Numbered from the stretch's first letter, positions 9,649 through 18,845 are shown. The stretch: 54,615 bases of DNA from an uncultured Chloroflexota bacterium (GCA_903925955.1 CAIYHO010000155.1:1-54615); one strand, 5' to 3'. Made by a program: numbers and translations. Notes: generated from the sequence alone by a model not told the origin.

Positions 9649-9707
9649 CAGCGCTTGTCGGCTGCGCCGCTGCGGCACCCACAGCCGGCGATCTAGCAGC
9701 GGGCGAT

Positions 9708-10880
9708 CTAGCGCCCGGACCCAAGCTGCGGGCGGTTTGCCATGCGGGAACCCAGGTTGTCGATGACCTTTGCAAACTGCACGATGGACTTGCCAAGCGC
9801 GGAGTCTGCACGGTCGCCCATGACTGGGGCGCCTGTGTTGAGCGCAGCGATCGCGTCACGGTAGTCATTGGTGACCTGGTGGTCGATTGGCCGGCGCAGC
9901 GCCTTCTCAGCGCTCTTGGGGCCAATGCCGGTGTGCGCATTCGCGCGGTTCAGGACAAGGCGGACCTTCGCCTGGTCGTAGCCCAGCCGGCCAATGGTCT
10001 CAAGCACCAGGCGTGCGTTCTTGAGGCTGGGCAGATCGGCGGTCAGGACCAGGAAGATCTGGCTGGAGATCTCCAGCACCATGAGGTTCAGGTCGTCCAG
10101 CCGCTTGTCGATGTCCACGATCACGTAGTCGTACACCCCGGCCAGGGCCGTCAGCACCTGATAGAGGTGGTTGGCCGTGACGAGGTCAGCCGCCTCAGGC
10201 GATCGCGGCGCCAGCAGCATGTCGATGCCAGTCTCGTGCGGCTGCACCAGGCTCCGGAGGAGTTCTGCGTCAATCGTGGGCGCGTTCACAGCGTCTGCGA
10301 TGCCCTTGCGGTCCATCGGCAGATCCATAAACACGCGGTGGTCACCAAACTGGAGGTTTGCGTCCACCACGCAGACGCGGCGGCCCAGCTTGGCCAGCGC
10401 AATGCCGGTGTTCAGCGCGATGGTTGTGGTGCCCACGCCACCCTTGGCGCCGTAGTAGGCGTGAATGCGGCCCATGGCGCTGCGGCCAACGAGCGCATCG
10501 CCGGGCGAGAAGCGCGAGGTGAGCGACTGGAGACGCGCCAGCAGCTCCGCCGGATGGAACGGCTTGACCAAGTAGTCGTCGGCGCCTGCACGCAGCGCGC
10601 GGACCTTCTCGGCCACATCGCCGGCGAGTGTGAGGACGATGATCGGGACCCGAACGCCGGGGGCCTCCGCGGCGCGAATGCGCTCAGCCAGATCGTGCCC
10701 GTTCAGCCCCGCGAGGGTGGCGTCAACGATGACAACCGCGGGCGCCTCACGCTCCCAGATCCGGAACGCGTCAAGGCCGTCCGTGGCCACAACCACTTCG
10801 TAGCCTTCATCGCGGAGGAGCTGCTGGAGGAGTCGCTGGACGCCTGCATCCTCATCGGCAACGAGCACCTTGCCGGCCAT
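9708..10880 (-). CDS. Receiver domain fused to a CpaE/TadZ-like MinD-family ATPase
   Basis: REC motifs (VLVADED, VIVD, GADDYLVKPF); deviant Walker A GAKGGVGTTT; VDANLQFGD; LLAP..PEAADLV. Confidence 0.88.
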   Translation of the reverse strand: MAGKVLVADEDAGVQRLLQQLLRDEGYEVVVATDGLDAFRIWEREAPAVVIVDATLAGLNGHDLAERIRAAEAPGVRVPIIVLTLAGDVAEKVRALRAGADDYLVKPFHPAELLARLQSLTSRFSPGDALVGRSAMGRIHAYYGAKGGVGTTTIALNTGIALAKLGRRVCVVDANLQFGDHRVFMDLPMDRKGIADAVNAPTIDAELLRSLVQPHETGIDMLLAPRSPEAADLVTANHLYQVLTALAGVYDYVIVDIDKRLDDLNLMVLEISSQIFLVLTADLPSLKNARLVLETIGRLGYDQAKVRLVLNRANAHTGIGPKSAEKALRRPIDHQVTNDYRDAIAALNTGAPVMGDRADSALGKSIVQFAKVIDNLGSRMANRPQLGSGR

Positions 10881-11047
10881 CGCAGCTCTCCAACGACGAC
10901 GGCCATGCGTGGACGAGCCCATGCTCGTCGGCCGTTCCTTCCCGGAGTATAGGGGCGCAGCCCGGATCGTCCGGCGTCCATTGGTTCAGATGCAGTAGCC
11001 CGGATGGCGGCGACCCATCGCCGCCGCCACCAGTGCTTGAAGCGGGA

Positions 11048-11959
11048 TCAGCGCCCGGCGCCGTCCAGCGGCCCCACGCCGCGCCCGGACATGCCGTCTG
11101 CAACGTAGCCGCTGATTCGGTTGGCGAGGTTGGTGAACTCGGTGGGGATGACGAACTTGGTTGACGGGCTGGCACCCAACGCCTTGAGGGCCTCGAGGTA
11201 CTGCAGCGCCATCGTCTTCTCGTCGATGCCGTGGGCGGCCGCGTAGATCCGCTCCAGCGCCTGGCTAAAGCCCTCCGCCCGCAGGATGGCGGCCTGGCGC
11301 TCGCCCTCGGCCTTGAGGATCTCGCTCTGCTTCTGGCCCTCCGCGACGTTGATCGCAGACTGGCGTGCGCCTTCAGACTCGGTGATCACCGCGCGCCGCG
11401 TCCGCTCGGCGGAGAGCTGGCGGTTCATCGCGTCCTGCACGTCGCGTGGCGGCGTGATCTCGCGAATCTCCACGGTGGTGATCTTGCCGCCCCAGCGCTC
11501 GGTGACCTCGTCCAGCTTGGCGCGCAAGACCTCGTTGATCTGCTCGCGCTTGGACAGCACATCGTCGAGGAGGATGTCGCCGATGACCGCGCGCAGCGTT
11601 GTGGTGGCGACGCCCTGGAGGGCGCCTGCGAAGTACGCAACGTTGACCACGCTCTTGAGCGGGTCCGAGATCCGCCAGTAGATGAGGAAGTCCACGTTGA
11701 TTGGCGCGTTGTCCTTGGTGATCGTGGTCTGGCTTGGGACCTCGATGAACTGCTCGCGCACGTCAACCTTGACCGGCCGGTCAATGACCGGGATCAGGAA
11801 CCGCAGGCCCGGGCCGCGGACCATGCTGTCGCTGGTGCGGCCAAGGCGGAACACCACCATCTGCTCGTACTGCTGGACAACCCGCACGCTGAGAAACAGC
11901 AGCAGCAGGACCAGCACCAGGACAACCACCAAGATCGACAGGCCGACAGCAGCATCCAT
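11048..11959 (-). CDS. SPFH/stomatin-family membrane protein
   Basis: N-terminal TM; VVFRLGR, ITKDNA, TTLRAVIG, AERTRRA; downstream of nfeD. Confidence 0.95.
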   Translation of the reverse strand: MDAAVGLSILVVVLVLVLLLLFLSVRVVQQYEQMVVFRLGRTSDSMVRGPGLRFLIPVIDRPVKVDVREQFIEVPSQTTITKDNAPINVDFLIYWRISDPLKSVVNVAYFAGALQGVATTTLRAVIGDILLDDVLSKREQINEVLRAKLDEVTERWGGKITTVEIREITPPRDVQDAMNRQLSAERTRRAVITESEGARQSAINVAEGQKQSEILKAEGERQAAILRAEGFSQALERIYAAAHGIDEKTMALQYLEALKALGASPSTKFVIPTEFTNLANRISGYVADGMSGRGVGPLDGAGR

Positions 11960-13360
11960 CTATGACTCCTCTCCGTGGGGCGGGACGCCGTCCGAGGCGG
12001 CGTCTTCCGGGGTGACAACGGCCGTCAGGCCATCAAGGGTGACCAACCGTACGCGGCGTCCACGCGCGAGCGGCGTGCCGTCGGACGACCTGGCGCTCCA
12101 GGCCTCCGATGCGAGCAGGACGGTCCCGAGTGGGTTGATCGGGGCTTCAACGACACCGAGGGCCCCGGGCACCATGTGCGCGGCAACACTGCCAGTGGGA
12201 GCGGGCATCGAGCGGGTCCACACCGCGATCCAGGCAATCCCCGCCATCAGCGCAGCCATGGAGACGGCCACGACCGCTGTCACCGGCCACGCAACCTGCA
12301 CCAGTGGCGCCGTTGCATCAAGCGGACGCGTATACACAGCACCCGCGCCCAGGACAAAGGCGACCAGACCGCCCAGCGTGAGCAGGCCATGGCTTGTGAT
12401 CTGCGTCTCCAGCATGAACAGGACCAGGCCAATGGCCACCAGGAGCAGCCCGCCGAGATTGAGCGGCAGGCTCCCAAAGCCAATGAACGCCAGCACAAGG
12501 CAGATGGCGCCGGTGATCCCCGCCACCAGCGATGGGTTGATGAACTCGAGCAGCAGCCCGCCAAGCCCGATGACAAAGAGCACAAACGCGATGTTTGGAT
12601 CGGACAACAGGTGGAAGAGCGAGAGGGCTGGGTTCATCGGCGCCTCCTGGATAACGGCAGCGAGCGGCGACCGAAGCGAGAGCGTGCCGCTGGCGCCGCC
12701 GGCAACTGTGACCGTGCGGCCATCGGCAGCGGCGAGCACGGCGTCAAGCGTGTCGGCGATGCCGTCCACGACGTGCAGGGCGACGGCCTCCGTGGCGGAC
12801 GACGCGCGGGCATTTGCGACGGCATCAACTGCCCAGACCACATTCCGGCCGCGTGCCTCAGCGATTGCGGTGATTGCCGAGATTGCGTAGTTGCGGACCT
12901 TGAGGCCCTCGGTCCCCGTGAGGTCTCCCCCGCCGCTGTCCACAGGTGATGCCGCACCGATGCTGGTGCCGGTGGCCATGTAGGCAAGGTTGCCCGCGAG
13001 CGTGATGAACGTGCCAGCGCTGGCGGCCTTGCCCCCTGCCGGCGCCACCCACACGATGACCGGGACCTTCGCCTCCAGCAATGCCGTGGTGATCTGGCTC
13101 ATCGCGTCAAGGCTGCCGCCGGGCGTGTCCAGCTGGATCACAACCGCCCCGGCGCCGCCATCACTCGCCGCAGCCACGCCCCCGGCGATGTAGGCGGCCA
13201 TCGCGCCGTCAACGACGCCCGTGGCGTGCAGGATGACGACGGTGGCTCCGGTTGCAGGGCCCGCCGCAGCAACAGGCAGGGACAACAAGAAGAGGACCGT
13301 CCCCGCCGCAAGCAGCGATCGGGCGGCCGCTCGGTATGCCTGGCGTACTCGGTTGGTCAT
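11960..13360 (-). CDS. nfeD: NfeD-family membrane-bound serine protease (ClpP-like)
   Basis: LDTPGG, AASAG, IGAASPV; TM bundle; C-terminal OB domain (G.V....E.WSARS). Confidence 0.93.
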   Translation of the reverse strand: MTNRVRQAYRAAARSLLAAGTVLFLLSLPVAAAGPATGATVVILHATGVVDGAMAAYIAGGVAAASDGGAGAVVIQLDTPGGSLDAMSQITTALLEAKVPVIVWVAPAGGKAASAGTFITLAGNLAYMATGTSIGAASPVDSGGGDLTGTEGLKVRNYAISAITAIAEARGRNVVWAVDAVANARASSATEAVALHVVDGIADTLDAVLAAADGRTVTVAGGASGTLSLRSPLAAVIQEAPMNPALSLFHLLSDPNIAFVLFVIGLGGLLLEFINPSLVAGITGAICLVLAFIGFGSLPLNLGGLLLVAIGLVLFMLETQITSHGLLTLGGLVAFVLGAGAVYTRPLDATAPLVQVAWPVTAVVAVSMAALMAGIAWIAVWTRSMPAPTGSVAAHMVPGALGVVEAPINPLGTVLLASEAWSARSSDGTPLARGRRVRLVTLDGLTAVVTPEDAASDGVPPHGEES

Positions 13361-13411
13361 CACCCCACCCGAGTATGGCACTTCATGCGCAGATGCCCCG
13401 TGCCGGTGGGC

Positions 13412-14002
13412 CTATCCGGACGGGCGCTCCGTCAGCGTCTCAAACGCGAGGCGGCTCCACGTCTCAAGGCTGCCCCGTAGCTGGGCAACGCGCTCGGTGG
13501 GCTCAAACGAGCCCTCGAGCTTCTCTGTCTCGCGAATGGCAACCGGGCGCCCATCGGCATCGGCGGTGAAGACAAACCCGATGTGGACCTGGCCCACGGC
13601 CGTCGTGTCGTCGTTGAGCAGGCCAAGCGGCGCAAAGTCCGGCACAAAGTCAGCCGTGACCTCCTCGCGCCATTCACGGAGCAGGCCGCCATGCACGTCG
13701 CCGTCACCGGGGTTGAGGTGGCCGCCCACGCCAATCGACCAGAGGTCGTGCAGACGCGCGTCTCCGCCGCCCTTGGTCCGGCGCATCAGGAACCAGTCCT
13801 CGCCGTTGCGGAGCACCAGATACGGGATCACCTGCTTGAAGGCCGGGTCCTCCTCGGCATCGCCCCGACGCATGAACCGCCCCTGGCTTGCCACCACGGC
13901 CAGCGCGTCCGCGAGATCCGTGGGGCGGATGCCCAGCCAGCCGTCACCGGGCACCAGCGCGTCACGCGGCACCACCAGGACCTGCTCGTCGGGGTTACCC
14001 AC
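13412..14002 (-). CDS. NUDIX-family phosphoesterase (YmaB/COG4112-like)
   Basis: EEDPAFKQVIPY, SIGVGGHLN, GLLREWREEV, VGQVHIG. Confidence 0.85.
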   Translation of the reverse strand: MGNPDEQVLVVPRDALVPGDGWLGIRPTDLADALAVVASQGRFMRRGDAEEDPAFKQVIPYLVLRNGEDWFLMRRTKGGGDARLHDLWSIGVGGHLNPGDGDVHGGLLREWREEVTADFVPDFAPLGLLNDDTTAVGQVHIGFVFTADADGRPVAIRETEKLEGSFEPTERVAQLRGSLETWSRLAFETLTERPSG

Positions 14003-14864
14003 CCGGATGCTCCAGCCTGGCCTTGGCGGCATCCATCCGTTCACGGATCACGGCGGCGTCGGGACCGCCGGGCGTCTCCAACAAGGCAATCCACGTGTCG
14101 ATGGCGCCGCGATACGCCCGCAGCCGCGCCGCGATGGGACCAGCGTTGGTGACGGCAATCTCGGCGCCCATCGCGGTGTCACCACGGGCCAGCCGGGTGG
14201 TGTCACGCCAGCCGCCTGCCGCAAGGGCCGATGCCGCCGCCCAGTCCTCAGGTGCCGCGCCCGGCGAACCCGTCACAGCTTCAACGAGCGCCACAGACGT
14301 CAGGAGCGGCAGATGGCTGATTGCGGCAACCAGGCCGTCATGGGCAGCTGCGTCAATCTCCACCGGCACCGCACCACACGCGAGCGCGAGCGCCCGCACA
14401 ACCGCAGGATTGCCACCGCCAAGCGCCGACGTGACAACCCACGGACGTCCGTGGAAGAGGGTGGCGTCTGCTGCGCCAAACCCGCTGGTCTCGCGCCCGG
14501 CCATCGGGTGGCCGCCAACCCACGGCAGGTCTGCCCGACGTGCCGCCGCTTCGAGTGCCTGCTTTGTGGACGCGACGTCGGTCACCGTTGCGCCAGTGCG
14601 CAGGGCGCCACGCCACTCGCCGCCCAGCCGCTCCACCAGCGCCACGCACGCAACGGGCGGCGCCGCCAGGACCAGCACATCAGACTCGGCGATCAACGCC
14701 CGGGCATCGACGAATGCCCCGTCGATCACCCCTGCCGCCAGCGCTTCTCTCGGCCCCGCGCCTGACGGGGTCCAGGCGCCAACCCACCAGTCGTCGCCCG
14801 TCACGCGCAACGCGCGCGCAATCGACCCGCCAATCTGTCCGAGGCCCAGAAACCCAACACGCAT
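13995..14864 (-). CDS. tyrA: Prephenate/arogenate dehydrogenase
   Basis: GLGQIGGS, DVASTK, GGHPMAGRE, HD.LVA.ISHLP, GWRDTTRLA. Confidence 0.92.
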   Translation of the reverse strand: MRVGFLGLGQIGGSIARALRVTGDDWWVGAWTPSGAGPREALAAGVIDGAFVDARALIAESDVLVLAAPPVACVALVERLGGEWRGALRTGATVTDVASTKQALEAAARRADLPWVGGHPMAGRETSGFGAADATLFHGRPWVVTSALGGGNPAVVRALALACGAVPVEIDAAAHDGLVAAISHLPLLTSVALVEAVTGSPGAAPEDWAAASALAAGGWRDTTRLARGDTAMGAEIAVTNAGPIAARLRAYRGAIDTWIALLETPGGPDAAVIRERMDAAKARLEHPGG

Positions 14865-14883
14865 ACTGGCCGCCCGACTCCTG

Positions 14884-15138
14884 CTACCAGCCGCGATCCG
14901 TGTCACGACGACGCCGGACGCGGCGCTCAGCAACACGGCGCTCCGGCAACCCAGCCGGCGGACCGGGATCGTCAGGCGGGTTCACCCGCTGCTGTCGCTG
15001 ACGCCGCACGGCGCTGCGCCGCTCGTTGGCAAGCAGCGCGCCGCACCGTGGACAACGCTGCTCGTCACCGAAGAGCGCCTCGATGGGCGCAACCGTGTAG
15101 ACCTCCCGCCCGCACGCATGGCAGGCGAGCTTGGGCAC
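14884..15138 (-). CDS. Small zinc-ribbon protein with an Arg-rich tail
   Basis: CHAC...CPRC; ERRxxxRR repeats; fills the gap between trpB2 and tyrA. Confidence 0.75.
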   Translation of the reverse strand: MPKLACHACGREVYTVAPIEALFGDEQRCPRCGALLANERRSAVRRQRQQRVNPPDDPGPPAGLPERRVAERRVRRRRDTDRGW

Positions 15139-15141
15139 GGC

Positions 15142-16524
15142 TCAGCCCACCTTCGGCAGACCGGCGAGCGCCGCAGCAACCTTGTCGGCCGGGTACTCGA
15201 AGTCTTCGAGGCCGCCCTGGAGGTACTTCTCATAGGACGAGAGGTCGAAGTGGCCGTGGCCCGAGAGGTTGAACAGGATCACGCGCTTCTCGCCGCGCGC
15301 CTTCGCGTCGAGCGCCTCGTCCACCGCAACCTTGATGGCGTGGGTGCTCTCAGGCGCCGGCAGGATGCCCTCGGTGCGGGCGAACTGGATGCCAACCTCA
15401 AACGACGCGCGCTGGTGGACGCTCTGGGCGTCAATGAGGCCCTGATCCTTCAGCAGCGACACAAGGGGCGCCATGCCGTGGTACCGCAGACCGCCAGCGT
15501 GGATGGCCTCCGGGATGAAGCCCGAGCCCAGCGTGTGCATCTTCACAAGCGGGGTCATCATGCCGGTGTCGCCGAAGTCGTAGGCGTAGACGCCCCGCGT
15601 GAGCGACGGCGCTGCAGCGGGCTCCGCGGCGATGATGCGGTAGCGGCCCTCGCCCCGCAGCTGGCGGCCAACCCACGGGAAGGCCATGCCGGCAAAGTTG
15701 GAGCCGCCGCCGGCGCAGGCGATGATCACGTCGGGCTCCTCGCCCGCCATCGCCATCTGCTCAATGGATTCGATGCCGATGACCGTCTGGTGCAGGAGCA
15801 CGTGGTTGAGCACGGAGCCCAGGGCGTACTTGGTGTCGTCGCGGCTGGCCGCGTCCTCAACCGCCTCGCTGATGGCCATGCCAAGCGACCCGGGCGAATC
15901 CGGCGTCTCGGCAAGGACCTTGCGGCCATAGTTGGTGGTGTTGCTGGGGCTGGGGACCACGGATGCGCCGTAGGTCTCCATCAGCATCCGGCGGTATGGC
16001 TTCTGGTCGTAGCTGGCACGGACCTGGTAGACCTTGACCTCAAGGCCAAACAGGGCGCCTGCCAGCGCCAGCGAACTCCCCCACTGCCCGGCGCCGGTCT
16101 CCGTGGCAAGGCGCTTCACGCCCTCCTGCTTGTTGAACCAGGCCTGCGGGATTGCCGTGTTGGGCTTGTGGCTGCCGCCGGCGCTGACGCCTTCGTACTT
16201 GTAGTAGATGTGCGCCGGGGTATCGAGCGCAGCCTCGAGGCGGTGGGCCCGGAACACGGGCGCCGGTCGGTACAGCTGGTACGCGTCCCGGATGGGGTCC
16301 GGGATCTCGATGTCGCGGTCGGTGGCAACTTCTTGCATGATCAGCGCCATCGGGAACAGCGGCGCGAGATCGGCAGGGCCAATGGGCTGGCCTGTTCCCG
16401 GGTGCAGCGGCGGGAAGGGCTGAATGCCGTTGGCGAGAAGATCGGAGACGATGTTGTACCAGGCCCGCGGGATCCGATCCTCGTCAAGGATGAACTTGGT
16501 GCGGCGGGGTGCGGGGCTGGCCAT
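15142..16524 (-). CDS. trpB2: TrpB-like PLP enzyme (tryptophan synthase beta type 2)
   Basis: IPRAWYNI, YKYEG.S..GSHKPN, TETGAGQWG, GGGSN, AGGLRYHG, LSGHG. Confidence 0.96.
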   Translation of the reverse strand: MASPAPRRTKFILDEDRIPRAWYNIVSDLLANGIQPFPPLHPGTGQPIGPADLAPLFPMALIMQEVATDRDIEIPDPIRDAYQLYRPAPVFRAHRLEAALDTPAHIYYKYEGVSAGGSHKPNTAIPQAWFNKQEGVKRLATETGAGQWGSSLALAGALFGLEVKVYQVRASYDQKPYRRMLMETYGASVVPSPSNTTNYGRKVLAETPDSPGSLGMAISEAVEDAASRDDTKYALGSVLNHVLLHQTVIGIESIEQMAMAGEEPDVIIACAGGGSNFAGMAFPWVGRQLRGEGRYRIIAAEPAAAPSLTRGVYAYDFGDTGMMTPLVKMHTLGSGFIPEAIHAGGLRYHGMAPLVSLLKDQGLIDAQSVHQRASFEVGIQFARTEGILPAPESTHAIKVAVDEALDAKARGEKRVILFNLSGHGHFDLSSYEKYLQGGLEDFEYPADKVAAALAGLPKVG

Positions 16525-16643
16525 TGGGGCGATCTCCGGGCTGGGCGGGTGGGTCCGCGGAGCCTAGCGCGGGAACGCCAAAACCCGCAACCGTTGCGAA
16601 CGGGTTACAGCGTTCCTGACCCGCGTGCCACCGTCCGCAAGCA

Positions 16644-17231
16644 TCATCCGCGCAGCGGCGCCTCCACGATCGGCTCATAGCGAGGGGCTCCGCCGCCTAG
16701 GTGGCTGCGGTACAGGACAAGGTGGTCCGCACGGAAGGTGCTCGACCAGCCGTCGGCCCCAGCCCAGAGCGACTGCCCCAGCGCGTGCGATACCGCCGGA
16801 CGGGTTGCGTCTGTGCGGGCGATCGTGAGGTGCGCCCGTCGTGGCCGCTCATCAACATCGAAGCCAAGCCTGCGCAGTGGCGCCACAAGACCCAGGTCCA
16901 GCGCCTCCAGCTCCGCGTTGCCGCGCTCCACGCCAATCCACAGGGTCCGAGGGTGTCGGCCGTCCGGGAATGCGCCGGCTCCGGCCAGCTCCACGTCAAA
17001 CGCGGCAACGCCTGCGGCGGCTTCGCGCGCGGCTTCGGCCAGGGCCTCAATCAGCGACTCGTCGGTGTCACCGAGAAACCGCACGGTGAGGTGCAGGTTC
17101 TCCGTCCGGACCCAGCGCGCAGAACGCCCCATCGGGCCCTGGCGCACCGGGTCAATGACGGCGCGACAGGCGTCGAGCGTCTCGGCGGGCAGCGGTACCG
17201 CAAAGAACAGGCGCAGCAGCGCCTCAGCCAC
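16644..17231 (-). CDS. thpR: RNA 2',3'-cyclic phosphodiesterase (2H family)
   Basis: RLFFAVPL; two HxT motifs (HLTVRFLG, HLTIAR); LYRS. Confidence 0.92.
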   Translation of the reverse strand: MAEALLRLFFAVPLPAETLDACRAVIDPVRQGPMGRSARWVRTENLHLTVRFLGDTDESLIEALAEAAREAAAGVAAFDVELAGAGAFPDGRHPRTLWIGVERGNAELEALDLGLVAPLRRLGFDVDERPRRAHLTIARTDATRPAVSHALGQSLWAGADGWSSTFRADHLVLYRSHLGGGAPRYEPIVEAPLRG

Positions 17232-17742
17232 TGGTCTCGCGGGTATAGCGGGCGCGGTCAGCGGCAAGGACCTCAAGCGCGTGATCGCGGTCGCGCCAGC
17301 CAGCGATATCAACCGCCTTGTTCTCGAGCAGCTTGTAGGTCTCAAAGAAGTGCTCGATCTCAACCAGACGGTGCGGGCGCATCTGCTCCAGGCGCTCGAT
17401 GTGCTGCTGGTGCGGATCATCCACGGCCACGCAGAGCACCTTGAAGTCAAAACCCTTCTCGTCGCGCATCTCCAGCCCGCCGATTGGCCTGCCCCAGACG
17501 TGGCAGCCAGTGAATGTGGGCTCGTCGATGATCAGGAGGGCATCGGTGTGGTCGCCGTCGTCGGCGCGCGTGTGCTCGATGAAGCCGTAGTCAAAGTTGT
17601 AGAAGACGGCGGAGCTCAGGACGCGGTCCAGCCGATAGACCCCGGCATCCTCGTCGTACTCGTACTTGTTGCGGCTGCCGCGGGGGATCTCAACCACGAT
17701 TTCGATGATCTCGGGAAAGGCTTCGGCGTGCTTGCTGCTCAT
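17224..17742 (-). CDS. ppa: Inorganic pyrophosphatase (family I)
   Basis: VEIPRGSRNKYEYD, LDRVL, YGFI..T.ADDGD, MRDEKGFDFKV, HFFETYK. Confidence 0.96.
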   Translation of the reverse strand: MSSKHAEAFPEIIEIVVEIPRGSRNKYEYDEDAGVYRLDRVLSSAVFYNFDYGFIEHTRADDGDHTDALLIIDEPTFTGCHVWGRPIGGLEMRDEKGFDFKVLCVAVDDPHQQHIERLEQMRPHRLVEIEHFFETYKLLENKAVDIAGWRDRDHALEVLAADRARYTRETSG

Positions 17743-17762
17743 GAGCGAACTCTAGCGCGCCG

Positions 17763-18845
17763 TCAGTCGTTGTAGAGCCGCTCCTCGATGAGCTTCTCCT
17801 GGACTTGGCGCCCGATGGGGTCAAAGCAGGAGAACTCGAAGTGCTTCTCGAACTCGTACTCCACCGTGTCGGGGCCGCCCCGGTTCTTCTCCACCGTGAG
17901 CACAATCCAGTCGCGGAACCGCTGCGCCGCATGCGGGTTGAACTCGATGTTCACCTTCGCGACGATGTTGTACTTCTCGTTGAGGATGAAGATGATGTCG
18001 GCCTCGTAGTTGATGGCCGATGACCCGCGCAGGTGGTAGTTGCGCAGCCGGGCTGCCTTGAGGCCCTCCTTGTCGGCCGCAACAATCGCCAGCATCCCCA
18101 CGCCCTCGGTGAGCGCAATGTCCTTGAGGCCGTTCACCACGGAGGTGACCTTCTCGGTCTCGGTGGGCGGCTCGGGCAGGACGGGCACCTTCTGGAGGTA
18201 GTCCACCATGACGATCAGCGGGCGGTCCCCGCTGATCTCGCGGTGCTGGCGGACCAGGTCGCGGATGCCGTCGATGGTCCCAGCCGTCTGCGAGCCACGG
18301 AGCAGGAAGAGGCGGTGGCCGTACCGCGCAATCTTGTCCACTGATGGCCGCAGGCGCGGGTTGGCAGTCAGCTGGACGGTGGTGCCGCTGCCGTCGGGCA
18401 TCCCCGCCAGCAGGATCTCCTTGCGGACATCCGCAATCTTCACACCGGCGGAGCGATCCGGCAGCCTGTCGATCACAGACTCGGCCGCAATCAAGCGGTT
18501 GAGCAGGTACTGCTCGTCGTGCTCAAAGCAGATGTAGAGGACATTGGCGCGCCCGCCGCTGGCGACGTTGCGCGCCATCTGGAGCGCCATCGTCGTCTTG
18601 CCTGTGCCCTGGGCGCCGCCGATGAGGAGCAGTTCGCCCGGACGCAAGCCGCCGCCGATGGCGCGGTCCACCGGGGTCATCCCCAGCGGAATGGGCTGAT
18701 ACTCGTCAACCTCCCCGGCAGCGATCCTCTCGCTGAGGTCCACCAGCACGTCCATGGCGGAGCGTGGTGTCAGGCTGCCGTTAGGACCCTCAACCCGCCA
18801 TGCTGCGCGGGGCGCCAGCTGGATGTCATCGGGCTCGCTTGCCAT
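17763..18845 (-). CDS. DnaB-like helicase C-terminal (RecA-fold) domain protein lacking the DnaB N-terminal domain
   Basis: Walker A GAQGTGKT; VDYLQ; LRGSSAINYEAD; KNRGG; only about 50 aa precede the motor domain. Confidence 0.85.
   Translation of the reverse strand: MASEPDDIQLAPRAAWRVEGPNGSLTPRSAMDVLVDLSERIAAGEVDEYQPIPLGMTPVDRAIGGGLRPGELLLIGGAQGTGKTTMALQMARNVASGGRANVLYICFEHDEQYLLNRLIAAESVIDRLPDRSAGVKIADVRKEILLAGMPDGSGTTVQLTANPRLRPSVDKIARYGHRLFLLRGSQTAGTIDGIRDLVRQHREISGDRPLIVMVDYLQKVPVLPEPPTETEKVTSVVNGLKDIALTEGVGMLAIVAADKEGLKAARLRNYHLRGSSAINYEADIIFILNEKYNIVAKVNIEFNPHAAQRFRDWIVLTVEKNRGGPDTVEYEFEKHFEFSCFDPIGRQVQEKLIEERLYND

Noticed and set aside
8793-10952. Long + strand ORFs antisense to real genes (also 805-1869, 13888-16680, 18519-20399, 20557-22275, 36418-38799, 43266-44879; minus strand 24900-26933, 51846-53528)
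   Set aside because: Shadow ORFs caused by high GC and codon bias. They have no recognisable motifs and fully overlap well-supported genes.
16564-16644. Classical trpL attenuator or T-box
   Set aside because: No Trp codons in the uORF, no T-box consensus, and no U-tract terminator.
17763-18845. Replicative helicase dnaB or a prophage replication module
   Set aside because: It lacks the N-terminal domain and has no primase or phage neighbours, so the gene symbol is withheld.
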